A stretch of 63,299 bases of DNA, the filler included, from Octopus bimaculoides (Eukaryota): NCBI RefSeq assembly GCF_001194135.2. It is 8 parts of 8 records of this genome, joined end to end, with 100 filler letters (N's around TTAATTAATTAA, not from the genome) between each part and the next. Parts side by side here need not be neighbours in the genome. Positions count along the whole stretch, not along the records: positions 1 to 4,400 come from NC_068985.1; positions 4,501 to 9,475 come from NC_068997.1; positions 9,576 to 30,527 come from NC_068981.1; 5 more parts are not named here. One strand, 5' to 3'. The translations under genes and the position numbers were made by a program. The notes below the pieces were generated by a model that saw only the letters and a program-made list of their open reading frames with translations, did not search any database and had not been told where the DNA came from. Numbering within the stretch: position 1 is the first letter of the stretch; each line of letters opens with the position of its first letter. Below, in pieces: positions 1 through 13,649 of the stretch.

Positions 1-1109
1 ATATATATATATATATATATACACAAATACACACATACTCCATGAGAAAAGAAATATATTTCTACTCATCCCAAATGTTCGCTCATTTAAATTTAGTACA
101 GTGCATATGCTAAAACGTAATGTTTGTAACATAACTAGCATAGTGCGTGATATATCACAAGTGATATTACTAGAAATAGCGCGTAAATTATATACTGCCA
201 ATGATATATGCATTACGAACATTTTATCAATATATTCCAGACAGGGAATTCTTTCAATGTATTACTTCTTCTTTAGATAATTCACCATACATTATTCACT
301 ATTTTGTTTTTCAAAATAATTATTCAGTAGCTTAGATCGATATCATTTAATTTTCGCATTTAATATAAAATAGCACTTCATTGTATTCCCTAATCGGCAC
401 ATAAACAGATACATTAGTTATTTCTCTCAAAGAAAGAATTATTTGTCTGCCAACGAATGCAGAATAAACATGAAAATTTAATTTCTATGAAGTTACTTGT
501 GATTCCGTTTAGATCATATTCCAAATACTTTACAAGCTGTTAACAGTTTCCGCTAGATTATTGTTGTTCATTCTGCACTTCACACACTTTATTTAATGCG
601 TTGAATATGTCTGTATTCATCAGTCAGTACACATCTGGTTTCCCAAATAATTACAGGAATATAGAACATTTCAATAGTGAAACAAATAGCAAAATATGAA
701 CAAATAGATTTAATTGGAACTGGGATGGCCAAATGATGTACAACTGATTATGATTGATGAAGCACACTGTGCTACTGCAATGATATTTTCAACCAAATAA
801 AATATAAAAAACTCTCGTTTGAAATATCGTTTACCACTCTCACAGATTAAAAAAATATATGTATTGTAGAATTCTAGAAGTTCGTGTATATTTAAAAGAA
901 TTATTTCATCGTAATAGAAATGGATCATATCATATAAGAACCATGATACACACAAACGCACGTACACACGCGCGCGCGCACACACACACACACATGTCCA
1001 TAATATTTGAGACAATGTGTAACTATTGCAGTATATAGACTTCTATATTTAAGCGATGAAGAATTATGTACATTATTTTCATTAATTACATTTGACGGAT
1101 ATTCGACCT

Positions 1110-1226
1110 CATCTTGTTTGTTGTTAACACAAAATTTCAGCTGATATCCTCTCCAGCCTTCATAAGGTATCTTGGGAAAATTTCAAACCTGGGTTCTCAT
1201 TCATTAGGTAATTTTCAATGTTGTTG

Positions 1227-1295
<69 letters not shown>

Positions 1296-1627
1296 TTATG
1301 TTGTTTTCTTTTCCTTCTTTCTTCAAATTTTCTTCCATTTCTTGACGAGTGTTTTCCGTACACATAGAGCAGAGAGGCTCATTGTATGCATTCCCAGTTT
1401 ACAAACGCAAATTCTCAGGTAAAATATGTATTCAAGAAAAAAATAAATAAATAAAATAAATTCATGAATGGATGTTGTTTTCACAGCGATAATGCTCTTT
1501 TCAGTAAACAAGTCGTTAACATCGAGAAATACCTTAGGCATGAGAACCCAGGTTCGAATTTTCCCCAAGGTACTTCATGAAGGCTGCATGGTATATCAGA
1601 CGAAACGTTGTGTTAATAAACAAGATG
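1110..1627. repeat. Inverted repeat pair (arms ~1110-1222 and ~1518-1627) around (TAT)n; Penelope-terminus-like sequence
   Basis: Reverse complement of arm 1 (ATGAGAACCCAGGTTTGAAATTTTCCCAAGATACCTTATGAAGGCTGG...GATATCAG) aligns to arm 2 (ATGAGAACCCAGGTTCGAATTTTCCCCAAGGTACTTCATGAAGGCTGC...TATATCAG). Confidence 0.75.
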
Positions 1628-1803
1628 AAACATTTATTCAGAAATTAACATGCTTTAACATTCCAAGAGACAATGTTATTTGAAAGGGTGTATATCGGCT
1701 ATATTTGAAATGAATATAGGCTAGCAGATTGTAGTATATGTTCTTATATCAATTCATCTGGAGTAAATTGCAAAGCTATACTTATGACAACACAATGCTC
1801 TCA

Positions 1804-1862
1804 TCACACCAGTGTAAGATCGATGTATTCCATAACGTCTTCAAATGTTGTTAGGTCGAGAG
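1804..1862 (-). CDS. Candidate terminal coding exon (A)LDLTTFEDVMEYIDLTLV-stop
   Basis: Acceptor TTCTACTTATTTTCACGCAG|CT at 1862 (phase 1); 18 codons then tandem TGA TGA; C-terminal T-L-V fits a class I PDZ-binding motif; AATAAA on the minus strand at 1638-1633. Confidence 0.5.
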
Positions 1863-3106
1863 CTGCGTGAAAATAAGTAGAATCAAATTACCATGTGCGT
1901 AACGAAGATTTGAGAGAATTATCGTGTACTGGATATGTTTAAGGATTTCGAGTTCAGAAAATTTGAGATGGGCATCCAATAATGCTTTCACAAAGTTTGT
2001 CTTTCTTCGTCAAATCAGAAATGACTTCTACATTAGTATTATAATTTTCATATTACTTTGTCTCACAAAGTGCTGCTAGAATGTGCAATATTTCCTGAAG
2101 AATGATAACTAAAAGACATAAATAAAATCACATATAACATTGCACCTTCTATTTCACATGACTACGGTTTCTTGAACTATATTTTGAAATCTACTAATTC
2201 TTAATGTGCGTATGTTATCCGAAGTAGACTTAAAACCCACCCATTAAAACAGTATTACTATAGAAAAACAGGGAGAGCGAGAGATAGAGAGAGATAAATT
2301 CTTTTTATAAGGCTCTTTTAAGTAACAGTTGACTTTTGACCCCTGTCATATGGACCATCCTATGAAACTCACTCCACAACGTTTTACCCTCGCTATTTCT
2401 GCCAGTAAAATTAAAACTGGATGTATCTCATAACCTGTGGAAATTACTCCTAGACTTGACTTTCTTTACCATAAGATGTAATCCCATGTATTATTGATAT
2501 CACCTTGGAATTGACGTTTTTACCATTCTTTGCTGAATCTATTATTTTATTTTAATATTTCACCTTTCTTCCTCACATCTTAGATTCCTCTGATGAAGCT
2601 TTGGGGCTCAGTCATTTCCAACTACTGTCAAATGATTGTTCAATCTTTCTAAAATCCCTGTATATTAATTACTTGCATGCTGTGGAAAATTTGGCAGATT
2701 GGGCAACCCCCATAGTAGAAACAGCTGTAAGAGCTTATTATTTGTTCACTCATTTATTCCTATTCACTTATTCATTTTTATTTATCTCTTCATTTACTTG
2801 TTTATTTGCTCATTTCATCTGTTTATTTTGATTAGTTATACATATGATTGTAATCAATTAATAAATAGATATAAATGAATGTTTACAGGCCGATGCTTGT
2901 CGATTGATAATCCTATCCATTTTATTATTTACCTTATAAATTCTGGGTAAATTCTGTTTTCCCCCACACTTACCTAGTACTCAATTGTGTCACTGCTCTG
3001 CAAAAGTAAGGACTTGGATATAAATACGTTGGTATTCATCCAGTAGTATATTGTAAATTATCCCTTATATGCTTGCTTAACCTCTAACGCATACAGACAT
3101 ATATAA

Positions 3107-3139
<33 letters not shown>

Positions 3140-4400
3140 CGTAATAACCGAGTAGTTTTTTATAGGCAAGCGTGTGAATCGCTACTCGCTGCAGTAATTA
3201 AAATACTACTGCCATGAAGCAATTTAAATACATTATTCATATGGAGAATTTAGGTCGATTTCTAAACACATACTTTTCCGCATCCAAAACGCACATACTA
3301 TATGTTACACCCAGTATGCATAAAGACGTGAAAATGAGAATTATGAATCATAATTTCAGGTATATACATTTAAATTGTAAATATAATCAATTAAGAAATT
3401 GTTTTATGTTGTTTTTTTTTTAAATTGTATATGATTGTAATATAAGCTCTGTATCTTGAGGATATATCAGCATGAAGTACTTCCTGAGCAAGTGTCTAAG
3501 CGCTCTTGCTAGATTCATTGTATAAGAATTTACGCATTTTATTACAGAACGTTATGAACATACTAGCGAAAATTAGAGAAGATATAAGAGAAGAGAAATT
3601 AAAATGATGAAACAGAGAATGATTACTAGGTGGAATCCATCTATCCGAACATTTAATATAAAGACAAGTAAAATTATTTCCATATTTCCATTTAAAAAGA
3701 CGTTCTTCAATTATTAAAAAATTATTTGCAATTCAAAACTATAAAACATTTAATTTTAAGATACATGCCTGCCATTTGAAACCTGTCAAATATGAATTTA
3801 TCGTTTATAATTGGGAAGGAATATTTAACGCTAACATCAATTTAGCTTTCATTATCAATCACGAGAATATTCTGAGAACGTGATGGAAATTCTGGGAGTC
3901 TCAAGTAAAAGTAATTTCAAAATATAAAACGTGACAAACTTCAAGATAGGTTTTATAAATAGCTTTTAAATAGTATCCGTCTTATGGAAAAACATAATTG
4001 CAAAAATGCAATTCCAAGGTAATCCTAACTGGTATTCGTCATATTAAATTTTCATGACTTTCCGTTATGCTATTCGAAAACGAGAATGTGAAAAATTATA
4101 AGATATCAGTGTTAATCATTTAACTGTGTGTAAGGCCACAACATATTACTATAATTAGTAATAAGGAAACATTTATTTTGGGGGAATCAGGAATCATCCT
4201 AATTTCCATATTTAGTATTGATCACGTGCATTTCCGTTAGATATGTTGTTTTGACATAAAGACAATTTTACAACACTTATAAAAAGCAAAATAGAAATCA
4301 CGCTAACTTCGTTTTAATGAACGTATGTGTGTATATATGTGTATATATGTGTATGTGTATGTATATATGAATATATGTATATATATATATATATATATAT

Positions 4401-4500
4401 NNNNNNNNNNNNNNNNNNNNNNNNNNNNNNNNNNNNNNNNNNNNTTAATTAATTAANNNNNNNNNNNNNNNNNNNNNNNNNNNNNNNNNNNNNNNNNNNN
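4401..4500. other. Assembly linker N44-TTAATTAATTAA-N44 (12-mers also at 9520, 30572, 38532, 47712, 54059, 60939)
   Basis: The identical palindromic 12-mer (stop codons in all six frames) sits inside N runs seven times; N44+12+N44 = 100 bp where counted. Confidence 0.95.
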
Positions 4501-4564
<64 letters not shown>

Positions 4565-4574
4565 GATAGATACT

Positions 4575-4695
4575 GACGTGGCTGTGTGGTAAGAAGCCTG
4601 CTTTGCAAACATGTAGTTTGGGGTTCCGTTTCACTGCGTGTCTACTGTAGCCTTGAGCTGACCAAGGCTTGCGAAACTGAAGCAAGACAGTCGTA

Positions 4696-4766
<71 letters not shown>

Positions 4767-4925
4767 ATATCTATCTATCTATCTAAACATGTAGTTGTGT
4801 GTGTGTCTCTGTGTGTTTCTGAGATTGTCCTTCCCCACCACGTGATAACTGCTGTTGGTGTGTTTACGTCTTTATAATATAGCGATTCGGCAAAAAAACA
4901 CCGACAGAATAAGGACCAACAGGAT
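4575..4925 (+). mobile_element. Degraded copy of the 62353-type SINE with an expanded (ATCT)n interior
   Basis: GTGGCTGTGTGGTAAGAAG...GAAACTGAAG...TGGTGTGTTTACGTC...GCGATTCGGCAAAA...CCGACAGAATAAG align to 62353-62670. Confidence 0.6.
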
Positions 4926-5066
4926 ATTTGCAAAACCAAATACTGGAATCACTTCTTTCTGTTAAGAACTCTTCACGACTGTGGGTCACAGTCTTAAAGA
5001 ATATACGTATATCGTTGCAATTATGCAAAAGTGTCGTATGTCCAACTCGTTCCGTTTTCAGAAAAT

Positions 5067-5144
5067 GGTGGTGGTGGTGGTGGTGCCGCTTATGGTGATG
5101 GTTGTAACGCTGCTGCTGATAAGGACGATGATAATGATGTGTAT

Positions 5145-5175
<31 letters not shown>

Positions 5176-6110
5176 TTGATGATGATGATGATGATGATGA
5201 TGAGAGGGATGTTGATGAGGATGAGGATGATGATGATGATGAAGGAGAGGGATGTTGATGAGGATGAGGATGACAAAGATGATGATGAGAATGACGATGA
5301 TGATGCTAATGATGATGATGATGATGAGGAGGAGGAGGAGGACGATGACGACGACGATGATGATGATAATGATGATTACGATGATTATGATTATATTAAT
5401 CATGATGATGGTGATGACTGAAGACGTTGATTATAAAACAAGACAAAGATCCTAAATACCCGATGCGCGCTATATCTGTGGGGTGCAACCTCAACGCTCC
5501 ACAGCAAATACATTCCTACCCTACAACAAACGCAACCACAGCAGCCACAACAACTACAATCACAATAATGGCTCTTTTATGTGTTTTTGTTTCTTCTTTA
5601 TTGTTTTTAAAAAAAAAATTTTTTTTAATTTCCTCTCGTACCCCAGTCCACCCCTCCGAAGTGAAGGAGGAAATGAGTTTGTAAATTACTTTGCCAGCAA
5701 AGAAAGCTCAACGGTTTGTTCAGGTCAGGTGAGGAAATACGGGAAATGTGATGCGTCTTGATTGATGGTCATGCATAGATTGTCACGGAAGATAAGAAGA
5801 AGTAGGAAGCTTTTTGGACTCAAGAATGAAGATACCATTTCCATTGTGATGAGAAAAAATAGTTGATGGGCTGAGGGTGACGGTACGAAGAGCTTACTTC
5901 AACTGGACAGGGGGTGGTGGTGCTGTTGGTGGTGGCGGTGTCGATGAGGATGATGATGATGATGATGATGATGACGGCTATGACGATGACGTTGATGACG
6001 ACGACGACGACGATGATAATGATGATGATGATAATGATTATCGTTATTGATAATTATTATTATTACTATAACTTCATATTCTTAATTTCATGATGACGAT
6101 GATGGTGATG
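5067..6110. repeat. Compound (GAT/GGT/GAC)n trinucleotide tracts (5067-5420, 5913-6110)
   Basis: Visible low-complexity triplets that generate the poly-D/M/H/I ORFs. Confidence 0.9.
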
Positions 6111-8933
6111 ANNNNNNNNNNNNNNNNNNNNNNNNNNNNNNNNNNNNNNNNNNNNNNNNNNNNNNNNNNNNNNNNNNNNNNNNNNNNNNNNNNNNNNNNN
6201 NNNNNNNNNNNNNNNNNNNNNNNNNNNNNNNNNNNNNNNNNNNNNNNNNNNNNNNNNNNNNNNNNNNNNNNNNNNNNNNNNNNNNNNNNNNNNNNNNNNN
6301 NNNNNNNNNNNNNNNNNNNNNNNNNNNNNNNNNNNNNNNNNNNNNNNNNNNNNNNNNNNNNNNNNNNNNNNNNNNNNNNNNNNNNNNNNNNNNNNNNNNN
6401 NNNNNNNNNNNNNNNNNNNNNNNNNNNNNNNNNNNNNNNNNNNNNNNNNNNNNNNNNNNNNNNNNNNNNNNNNNNNNNNNNNNNNNNNNNNNNNNNNNNN
6501 NNNNNNNNNNNNNNNNNNNNNNNNNNNNNNNNNNNNNNNNNNNNNNNNNNNNNNNNNNNNNNNNNNNNNNNNNNNNNNNNNNNNNNNNNNNNNNNNNNNN
6601 NNNNNNNNNNNNNNNNNNNNNNNNNNNNNNNNNNNNNNNNNNNNNNNNNNNNNNNNNNNNNNNNNNNNNNNNNNNNNNNNNNNNNNNNNNNNNNNNNNNN
6701 NNNNNNNNNNNNNNNNNNNNNNNNNNNNNNNNNNNNNNNNNNNNNNNNNNNNNNNNNNNNNNNNNNNNNNNNNNNNNNNNNNNNNNNNNNNNNNNNNNNN
6801 NNNNNNNNNNNNNNNNNNNNNNNNNNNNNNNNNNNNNNNNNNNNNNNNNNNNNNNNNNNNNNNNNNNNNNNNNNNNNNNNNNNNNNNNNNNNNNNNNNNN
6901 NNNNNNNNNNNNNNNNNNNNNNNNNNNNNNNNNNNNNNNNNNNNNNNNNNNNNNNNNNNNNNNNNNNNNNNNNNNNNNNNNNNNNNNNNNNNNNNNNNNN
7001 NNNNNNNNNNNNNNNNNNNNNNNNNNNNNNNNNNNNNNNNNNNNNNNNNNNNNNNNNNNNNNNNNNNNNNNNNNNNNNNNNNNNNNNGTGGTGGTGGTGG
7101 TGGTGGTAGTTGCGATGGTGATGGTGGTGATGGTGGAGAGAATGGTGGTGGTGGTGGTGGTGGAGGTGGTGGTGATAGATGTGTTGGGCGTAGCAATATA
7201 TGTTGTTATGTAGTAGTGATAGCGGTTATAGCTTCGGCGACGGCGGCGTATATGTGCCACTCAAGTATATGTGCCACTCAGTATATGTGCCACTCAGTAT
7301 ATGTACCACTCAGTCGTGAGAGAAGCTGTGACAATGGTAATGACAGTAAAAGCGACAGCATCACGAAACACAATAATAATAATAATAATACGGGTTTCAA
7401 GATTCGGCAGAAGAACAGCAATTTCGAGAAAGGGTTTAAGTTGATTATAATGACTCCAGTGCGAAAGTGATACTTATTTTATCGTATAGACATTTTCTAT
7501 CTCATCTCATACCGCTTATTTTTCTATTCCAAAGTCTGTGTCATATATCCCTCTACTCCTTGAAGAAGGACTTGTATTCGAAACGTCGATACCTGCCCGT
7601 TCTTCACAACGGCATACTAACATAAATAGTTTTTACTTTATAAACCAATTAAGATTTGTTGAAATCACATAAAATGTGTTGCTGAAATGGGGCGTAAAGC
7701 GAATCGAAATATCGAATGATTGTAAAAGTGTGGAGATTATGCTGAAGTCTATATATTTCCTGCTTCTGGTGTATGCACGTGCGTCCTCACACATCCACAT
7801 TCTTCTATGAACACACACGATTACACTCCGTTTTAAATGTTCTGACTACGTATTTTTCCAGCTCTTTATGTACTTGCTAAACTAGAATGCAAACTTCGCC
7901 CTACATATTTACGTACATGCGTACATGTATGAATGCATGAATACGTCTGTGTCTGTATACATATATATATATATATATACATACATATATANNNNNNNNN
8001 NNNNNNNNNNNNNNNNNNNNNNNNNNNNNNNNNNNNNNNNNNNNNNNNNNNNNNNNNNNNNNNNNNNNNNNNNNNNNNNNNNNNNNNNNNNNNNNNNNNN
8101 NNNNNNNNNNNNNNNNNNNNNNNNNNNNNNNNNNNNNNNNNNNNNNNNNNNNNNNNNNNNNNNNNNNNNNNNNNNNNNNNNNNNNNNNNNNNNNNNNNNN
8201 NNNNNNNNNNNNNNNNNNNNNNNNNNNNNNNNNNNNNNNNNNNNNNNNNNNNNNNNNNNNNNNNNNNNNNNNNNNNNNNNNNNNNNNNNNNNNNNNNNNN
8301 NNNNNNNNNNNNNNNNNNNNNNNNNNNNNNNNNNNNNNNNNNNNNNNNNNNNNNNNNNNNNNNNNNNNNNNNNNNNNNNNNNNNNNNNNNNNNNNNNNNN
8401 NNNNNNNNNNNNNNNNNNNNNNNNNNNNNNNNNNNNNNNNNNNNNNNNNNNNNNNNNNNNNNNNNNNNNNNNNNNNNNNNNNNNNNNNNNNNNNNNNNNN
8501 NNNNNNNNNNNNNNNNNNNNNNNNNNNNNNNNNNNNNNNNNNNNNNNNNNNNNNNNNNNNNNNNNNNNNNNNNNNNNNNNNNNNNNNNNNNNNNNNNNNN
8601 NNNNNNNNNNNNNNNNNNNNNNNNNNNNNNNNNNNNNNNNNNNNNNNNNNNNNNNNNNNNNNNNNNNNNNNNNNNNNNNNNNNNNNNNNNNNNNNNNNTC
8701 TTCCGATCTTGTGTCTGATATAAACATACATACAAACAGGAACTGTCGCTCAGAAGACGAGACTTGCACCTGTTTATCAAGAGATTTCACGGTTGAAATA
8801 TTCCGTAACGCAAAAATTTGTTACTAAAGCGTAAACACGATATTACAAGCGATTCGAACGATTCCAACATGCATCACTGGCCGCATCAAAACTCCAATGG
8901 TTCAGTGATCACATGGTGTGCTTTGTCGTGTTA

Positions 8934-8968
<35 letters not shown>

Positions 8969-9223
8969 TTGGGTTTCATTCTTCTTCTTCTTCCTATTAT
9001 TATCATCATCATCTTCATCATCATCATTATCACAGTACATCGCGGGGGAGGTGTGTAGGGAAAAATCTAAACCATTCTTCTGGTATTTCAAAACTTTTTA
9101 CCTATTTCTCTATTTCTTTATCCTTTCTTTGTATGCATAATGGTAAATTGTGTTAATATGCATGCTTGTAAAATATACACGCAAACACATGTGTATACAC
9201 ACACATATGTATATATATATGTG

Positions 9224-9254
<31 letters not shown>

Positions 9255-9578
9255 ATAATTGTGTATATATATACACACATATATATATATATACGTATAT
9301 AGGTGTATATCTATGTGCGTATATATATATATATATATATATATATAAGCATATTAAGGGTAAAGATTATTAAAGATAATGATTAATAGCAGTGGAGTGG
9401 TCAACATGCATAACAGATTGTCTGCAGACTGGTGATTTTCCTGTTAGTGTATAATTACCTATAGTTATACACACTNNNNNNNNNNNNNNNNNNNNNNNNN
9501 NNNNNNNNNNNNNNNNNNNTTAATTAATTAANNNNNNNNNNNNNNNNNNNNNNNNNNNNNNNNNNNNNNNNNNNNATA

Positions 9579-9629
<51 letters not shown>

Positions 9630-10186
9630 GCGTGTTCTCGTGTGTGCGTATGGGTGTGTATGTGTATGCGTGTGCGGCATATGTATTTTGTTTTGTGTTT
9701 GCCTTGATAGATTTTTGATGTGAAAACCATTAAGCGAGGACTAAAAACATTCTTACATAAACCTCTCAACTCTAGTGAACATTAAACCGAGAAAAACCTG
9801 CACATATTCTCCTACGCAGAAACATACAGACTTGCACATAATCTAGTAAAACGAAGCATATGCACAGACTAATGCACTTTTCCATATTCTAAAAACTACA
9901 TTGCTGGAATAATACAGTATATCTTTCTTGGATGCACTGAGAAAAACAAAGGTAAAATTATCGCTGCATGAGGTGGTGAATGACTAGAAATAACTGTGGG
10001 ATAATCGAGTTTTACTGATTGACTGAAGATATAACAATTTGTGAAGCAGCATTATTAAAAAAAACGAACACACGGAGTAGAACTCCCCAACCGAGCTCAT
10101 GAATAGTGTTTTGGCCGCATATGGGGGCGTGTGTTGTCGTTTTGAAGAAGAAAAATGTATCGCTAGTCGAGTAGTTTGGCTCTTAC

Positions 10187-10353
10187 CTATCAAATAAAAA
10201 TGATGGACGAATGCTCATGAGAGCATCCCATCTCCTGGGCCATCTGCTCGCTTGAGACGGAATCTCGTGGATGAACTCTATCAGACGATCTCCTGATTGA
10301 ACTGAACAGGTAGGACGGTATGCGGAGATTGTGAGAGGTCGAATTTCCCTTAG
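10187..10353 (-). CDS. Candidate cassette or alternative terminal exon: phase 1 gives (A)KGNSTSHNLRIPSYLFSSIRRSSDRVHPRDSVSSEQMAQEMGCSHEHSSIIFI-stop
   Basis: Acceptor (T-run)AAGCTTCAG|CT at 10353, donor GATAG|GTAAGA at 10187; locally GC-richer than flanks. Phase-1 frame ends in TGA TAG right at the donor; the phase-0 frame is also fully open. Confidence 0.45.
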
Positions 10354-10711
10354 CTGAAGCTTAAAAAAAAATGTCTGTGCTGTTCTTCGAGTAAAATCAG
10401 TTTCTCTTTACACTGGACAACTCTTGCCAAACTGCTTTGGTAACTTCGGAACATTGACTGAATGCAAAACGTAGCAGATGTTGAAAATGTTGTTACTTTC
10501 TAAATGGCTCTCTATTTTTCGTGCTAATTTAAATAATATTCGAAATAACGAACGACTTAAACTGGACATCTCTATACATATGCGTGTGTGTGTGTATTTC
10601 TGTCCATTTTGTGCTTGTGTGTGTGTGTTTGTCTCTGTATGTGTGTTTATCTGTGTGAGTGTGTCTGTGTGTGTGCGCGCGCACGCTCGTGTGTTTCTGC
10701 ACCTTAAAGGA

Positions 10712-10886
10712 TTTCTAGTCGAATGCATCGATCACAGTACCATCTTTTTGCTTTTAAACCTGGCACTAATTCTATATATTTCCTATGCCGAACTGCTAAG
10801 TTACCTGGACGTAAACACACCAATATCGTGGACGTTAAAAACATCAATACCGGTTGTCGAGTGGTGGTAAGGGACAAGCACAGACA

Positions 10887-10971
<85 letters not shown>

Positions 10972-11150
10972 ACATGTATATTACAAACACAGCGGGCTTC
11001 TTTCGGTTGCTAACAAATTCATTCAGTGAGGACAAGTCGACTATAAGCTAGAGTGAAGAACGCATGCTCAAAGCGCTACACAGCGGGACTAAATCCGATA
11101 AAAAACGTGGCTGCTAACCGCACATTTTAAGCATATAGACATGCCTATAT
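10712..11150 (-). mobile_element. Degraded copy of the 62353-type SINE with an expanded (CA)n interior
   Basis: GCCGAACTGCTAAG...GGACGTAAACACACC, CGGTTGTCGAG and GGGCTTCTTTCGGTT are reverse complements of SINE blocks. Confidence 0.6.
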
Positions 11151-11398
11151 ATAAGTGTCTGTGTGTGTGTTTCTAAGCATGTACTATATTACGCATAATA
11201 TACAAAGGGAAAACATTCTAATTCCGTATGCGAAGTAGAAGCTCGTGCCTGCAGTAAATCACATAGCTCTTGCTATCAACCATCCCAAGACAATTTCATG
11301 AACAAACACCAAAATTAGAAACTTAAACCTAACCGCGCTAAATATTTAATTTAACAGAGTTAGTGGAACGTCTGTGTGTGTGTGTGTGTGTGCGCGTA

Positions 11399-11500
<102 letters not shown>

Positions 11501-12854
11501 CATATGATATATGTATAGAGGGGGAGAAGGAGAGAAAGAAAGGGAGGATTTAACCGTTTCAGATGAAAGTATTTACGTGAATGCTATCGTATGGATATTT
11601 ACATTCATCCTTCAAGGCCGACTGATCATGAAGTAGTAGCGACTTTATTCCCATATGTTGTGCAACTGTTCGATATCATTGATTAGTAAGTATATTAAAA
11701 AAAAGCCTTAATTCCAAGCTGGAAAGTCACACCAGATATTATAATTCTAAACATACGATTCAATTACCAATATGCTACTTAATATATTGGAATCAGATTT
11801 ATCAAAATATACTTGATTTGGTTTTTATTAAGCATTTATAGCGAAACTATACAAAACTGTAGGCTCCTACATCGATAAGCCGTCGTTCATAATAAATTAT
11901 TCTTTCTAAGTATGTATGTGAATGTACCTCTGTGGATTTGCGAATTGCGATTTGCTATTAATAACTGCAATAAACCTTTCCATCTTGTTGAACAATAATT
12001 TGGATACTTGACGTTATATTATTATAGGAGTGTTGCCAGCAGCAGTTAGCGTTTCTTATGAAAATATATTAATTTTAATGGCTTTCGGTCAGACCATTTT
12101 GAAAGGACCATCATACAAGAGCAATGTAAACATGCCTAAGCAGTCTGTTTCAGGTTAACTTGGATTATATAATATAAGACATCGTTCCCTATATGTACAT
12201 ATATGTGTGTATGTGTTTGTATGTATGAATGTATAGCTAAGTGCTTATAGATGCGTGTATTTGCTTGCGCGTATATGTGTGCGTGTGTAATATACGCATG
12301 TATTTATGTATGTATGTATAAACGTATGCATGTTTATATCCCAACACATTTATAGATAATTGGTTAGCATTTGGATTATGAAATATGTGCTGTAAATATA
12401 ATGTCTACGATGCGTGCAATGATACTTACGCTCCCCTACCGTCTTTCAAATACAACGTTTACACAGCCACTTTTATCGGAATACGCATATTCTGTGCATA
12501 CATCCACATCTGTAACTTTATGTTCCTTATTGCTACCAATAAAACGTTCCCAAATTGGAATCTATTCGAGAATCAATACTCGGAACATTACATTCGTTTA
12601 ATATCTTTGAACTTCGTCGTTTCTAGTTGTTTATATTCTGTCATATGCAAGCTCTAATATAGATTATGGATGTTGGGGTTTACGAAGAACGTGTCAAAAA
12701 TGACTGATATAAGCATATTATTATTCATATTCGAAAAGGAACCTGATTCTGTTCACTGAAGAAAGCTATTTCGAAATTTCCTTTTCCTTCAATTCCCTCA
12801 ACTCACTCTCCTGCTTCGATCTGCCAGTGTTTCTCTCCTACACTTCGCTCTCTT

Positions 12855-12917
<63 letters not shown>

Positions 12918-13433
12918 NNNNNNNNNNNNNNNNNNNNNNNNNNNNNNNNNNNNNNNNNNNNNNNNNNNNNNNNNNNNNNNNNNNNNNNNNNNNNNNNNNN
13001 NNNNNNNNNNNNNNNNNNNNNNNNNNNNNNNNNNNNNNNNNNNNNNNNNNNNNNNNNNNNNNNNNNNNNNNNNNNNNNNNNNNNNNNNNNNNNNNNNNNN
13101 NNNNNNNNNNNNNNNNNNNNNNNNNNNNNNATATATATATATATATATATATATACATACATACATTCATTGATAATAGAAGACAATAAATTGCATTTTA
13201 GGGGAGTTTAAGGTCGATGCAAAGTCAACTGCAGCTAGTCCAAACTATTTATATTGCGATTGGCTATATAGGTGACACACTATGCCTGCTGCACAGAAGC
13301 ATATATACATTTTAATGATGGAGGTAAATATGGAGTCTTGGTTACTTTAGTAGACAAAAAAAAACAAACAAACAAGCGTAAAGAGACATATTTTTAAACG
13401 GAAATAGTTGCCTCCACATAAACAACACCAGCT

Positions 13434-13649
13434 ATGTCTGAAGTGGGTGAGTTTGCGTACGTTTTTACGTTCTCTAGTTCACACACAGAGAAGACTATGT
13501 TATCAAAACAAATTTTCTGTTAAGACACCTCATTCTGTTGCCGTCTTTCAGTTGTGGTGGAAGTTGAGAGCGGTTACTTTGAGCAAACTGTTATCGCTCA
13601 GTCATGTGTTCTTCCAAATTGTGATGGTATTCGGATGCCCACCCCGTAA
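13434..13649 (+). CDS. Candidate two-exon 36-aa smORF MSEVVVVEVESGYFEQTVIAQSCVLPNCDGIRMPTP (intron 13447-13551)
   Basis: ATG TCT GAA GTG G|GTGAGT ... CCGTCTTTCAG|TT joins in phase 1 across a 105-bp intron and stays open to TAA at 13647-13649. Confidence 0.25.

Noticed and set aside
4864-5455. Poly-D/E, poly-M, poly-H and poly-I ORFs
   Set aside because: Produced by (GAT/GGT)n microsatellite in several frames at once; no splice or domain support.
5640-5890. Possible L2/CR1 3' remnant
   Set aside because: Resemblance too weak to support without an alignment.
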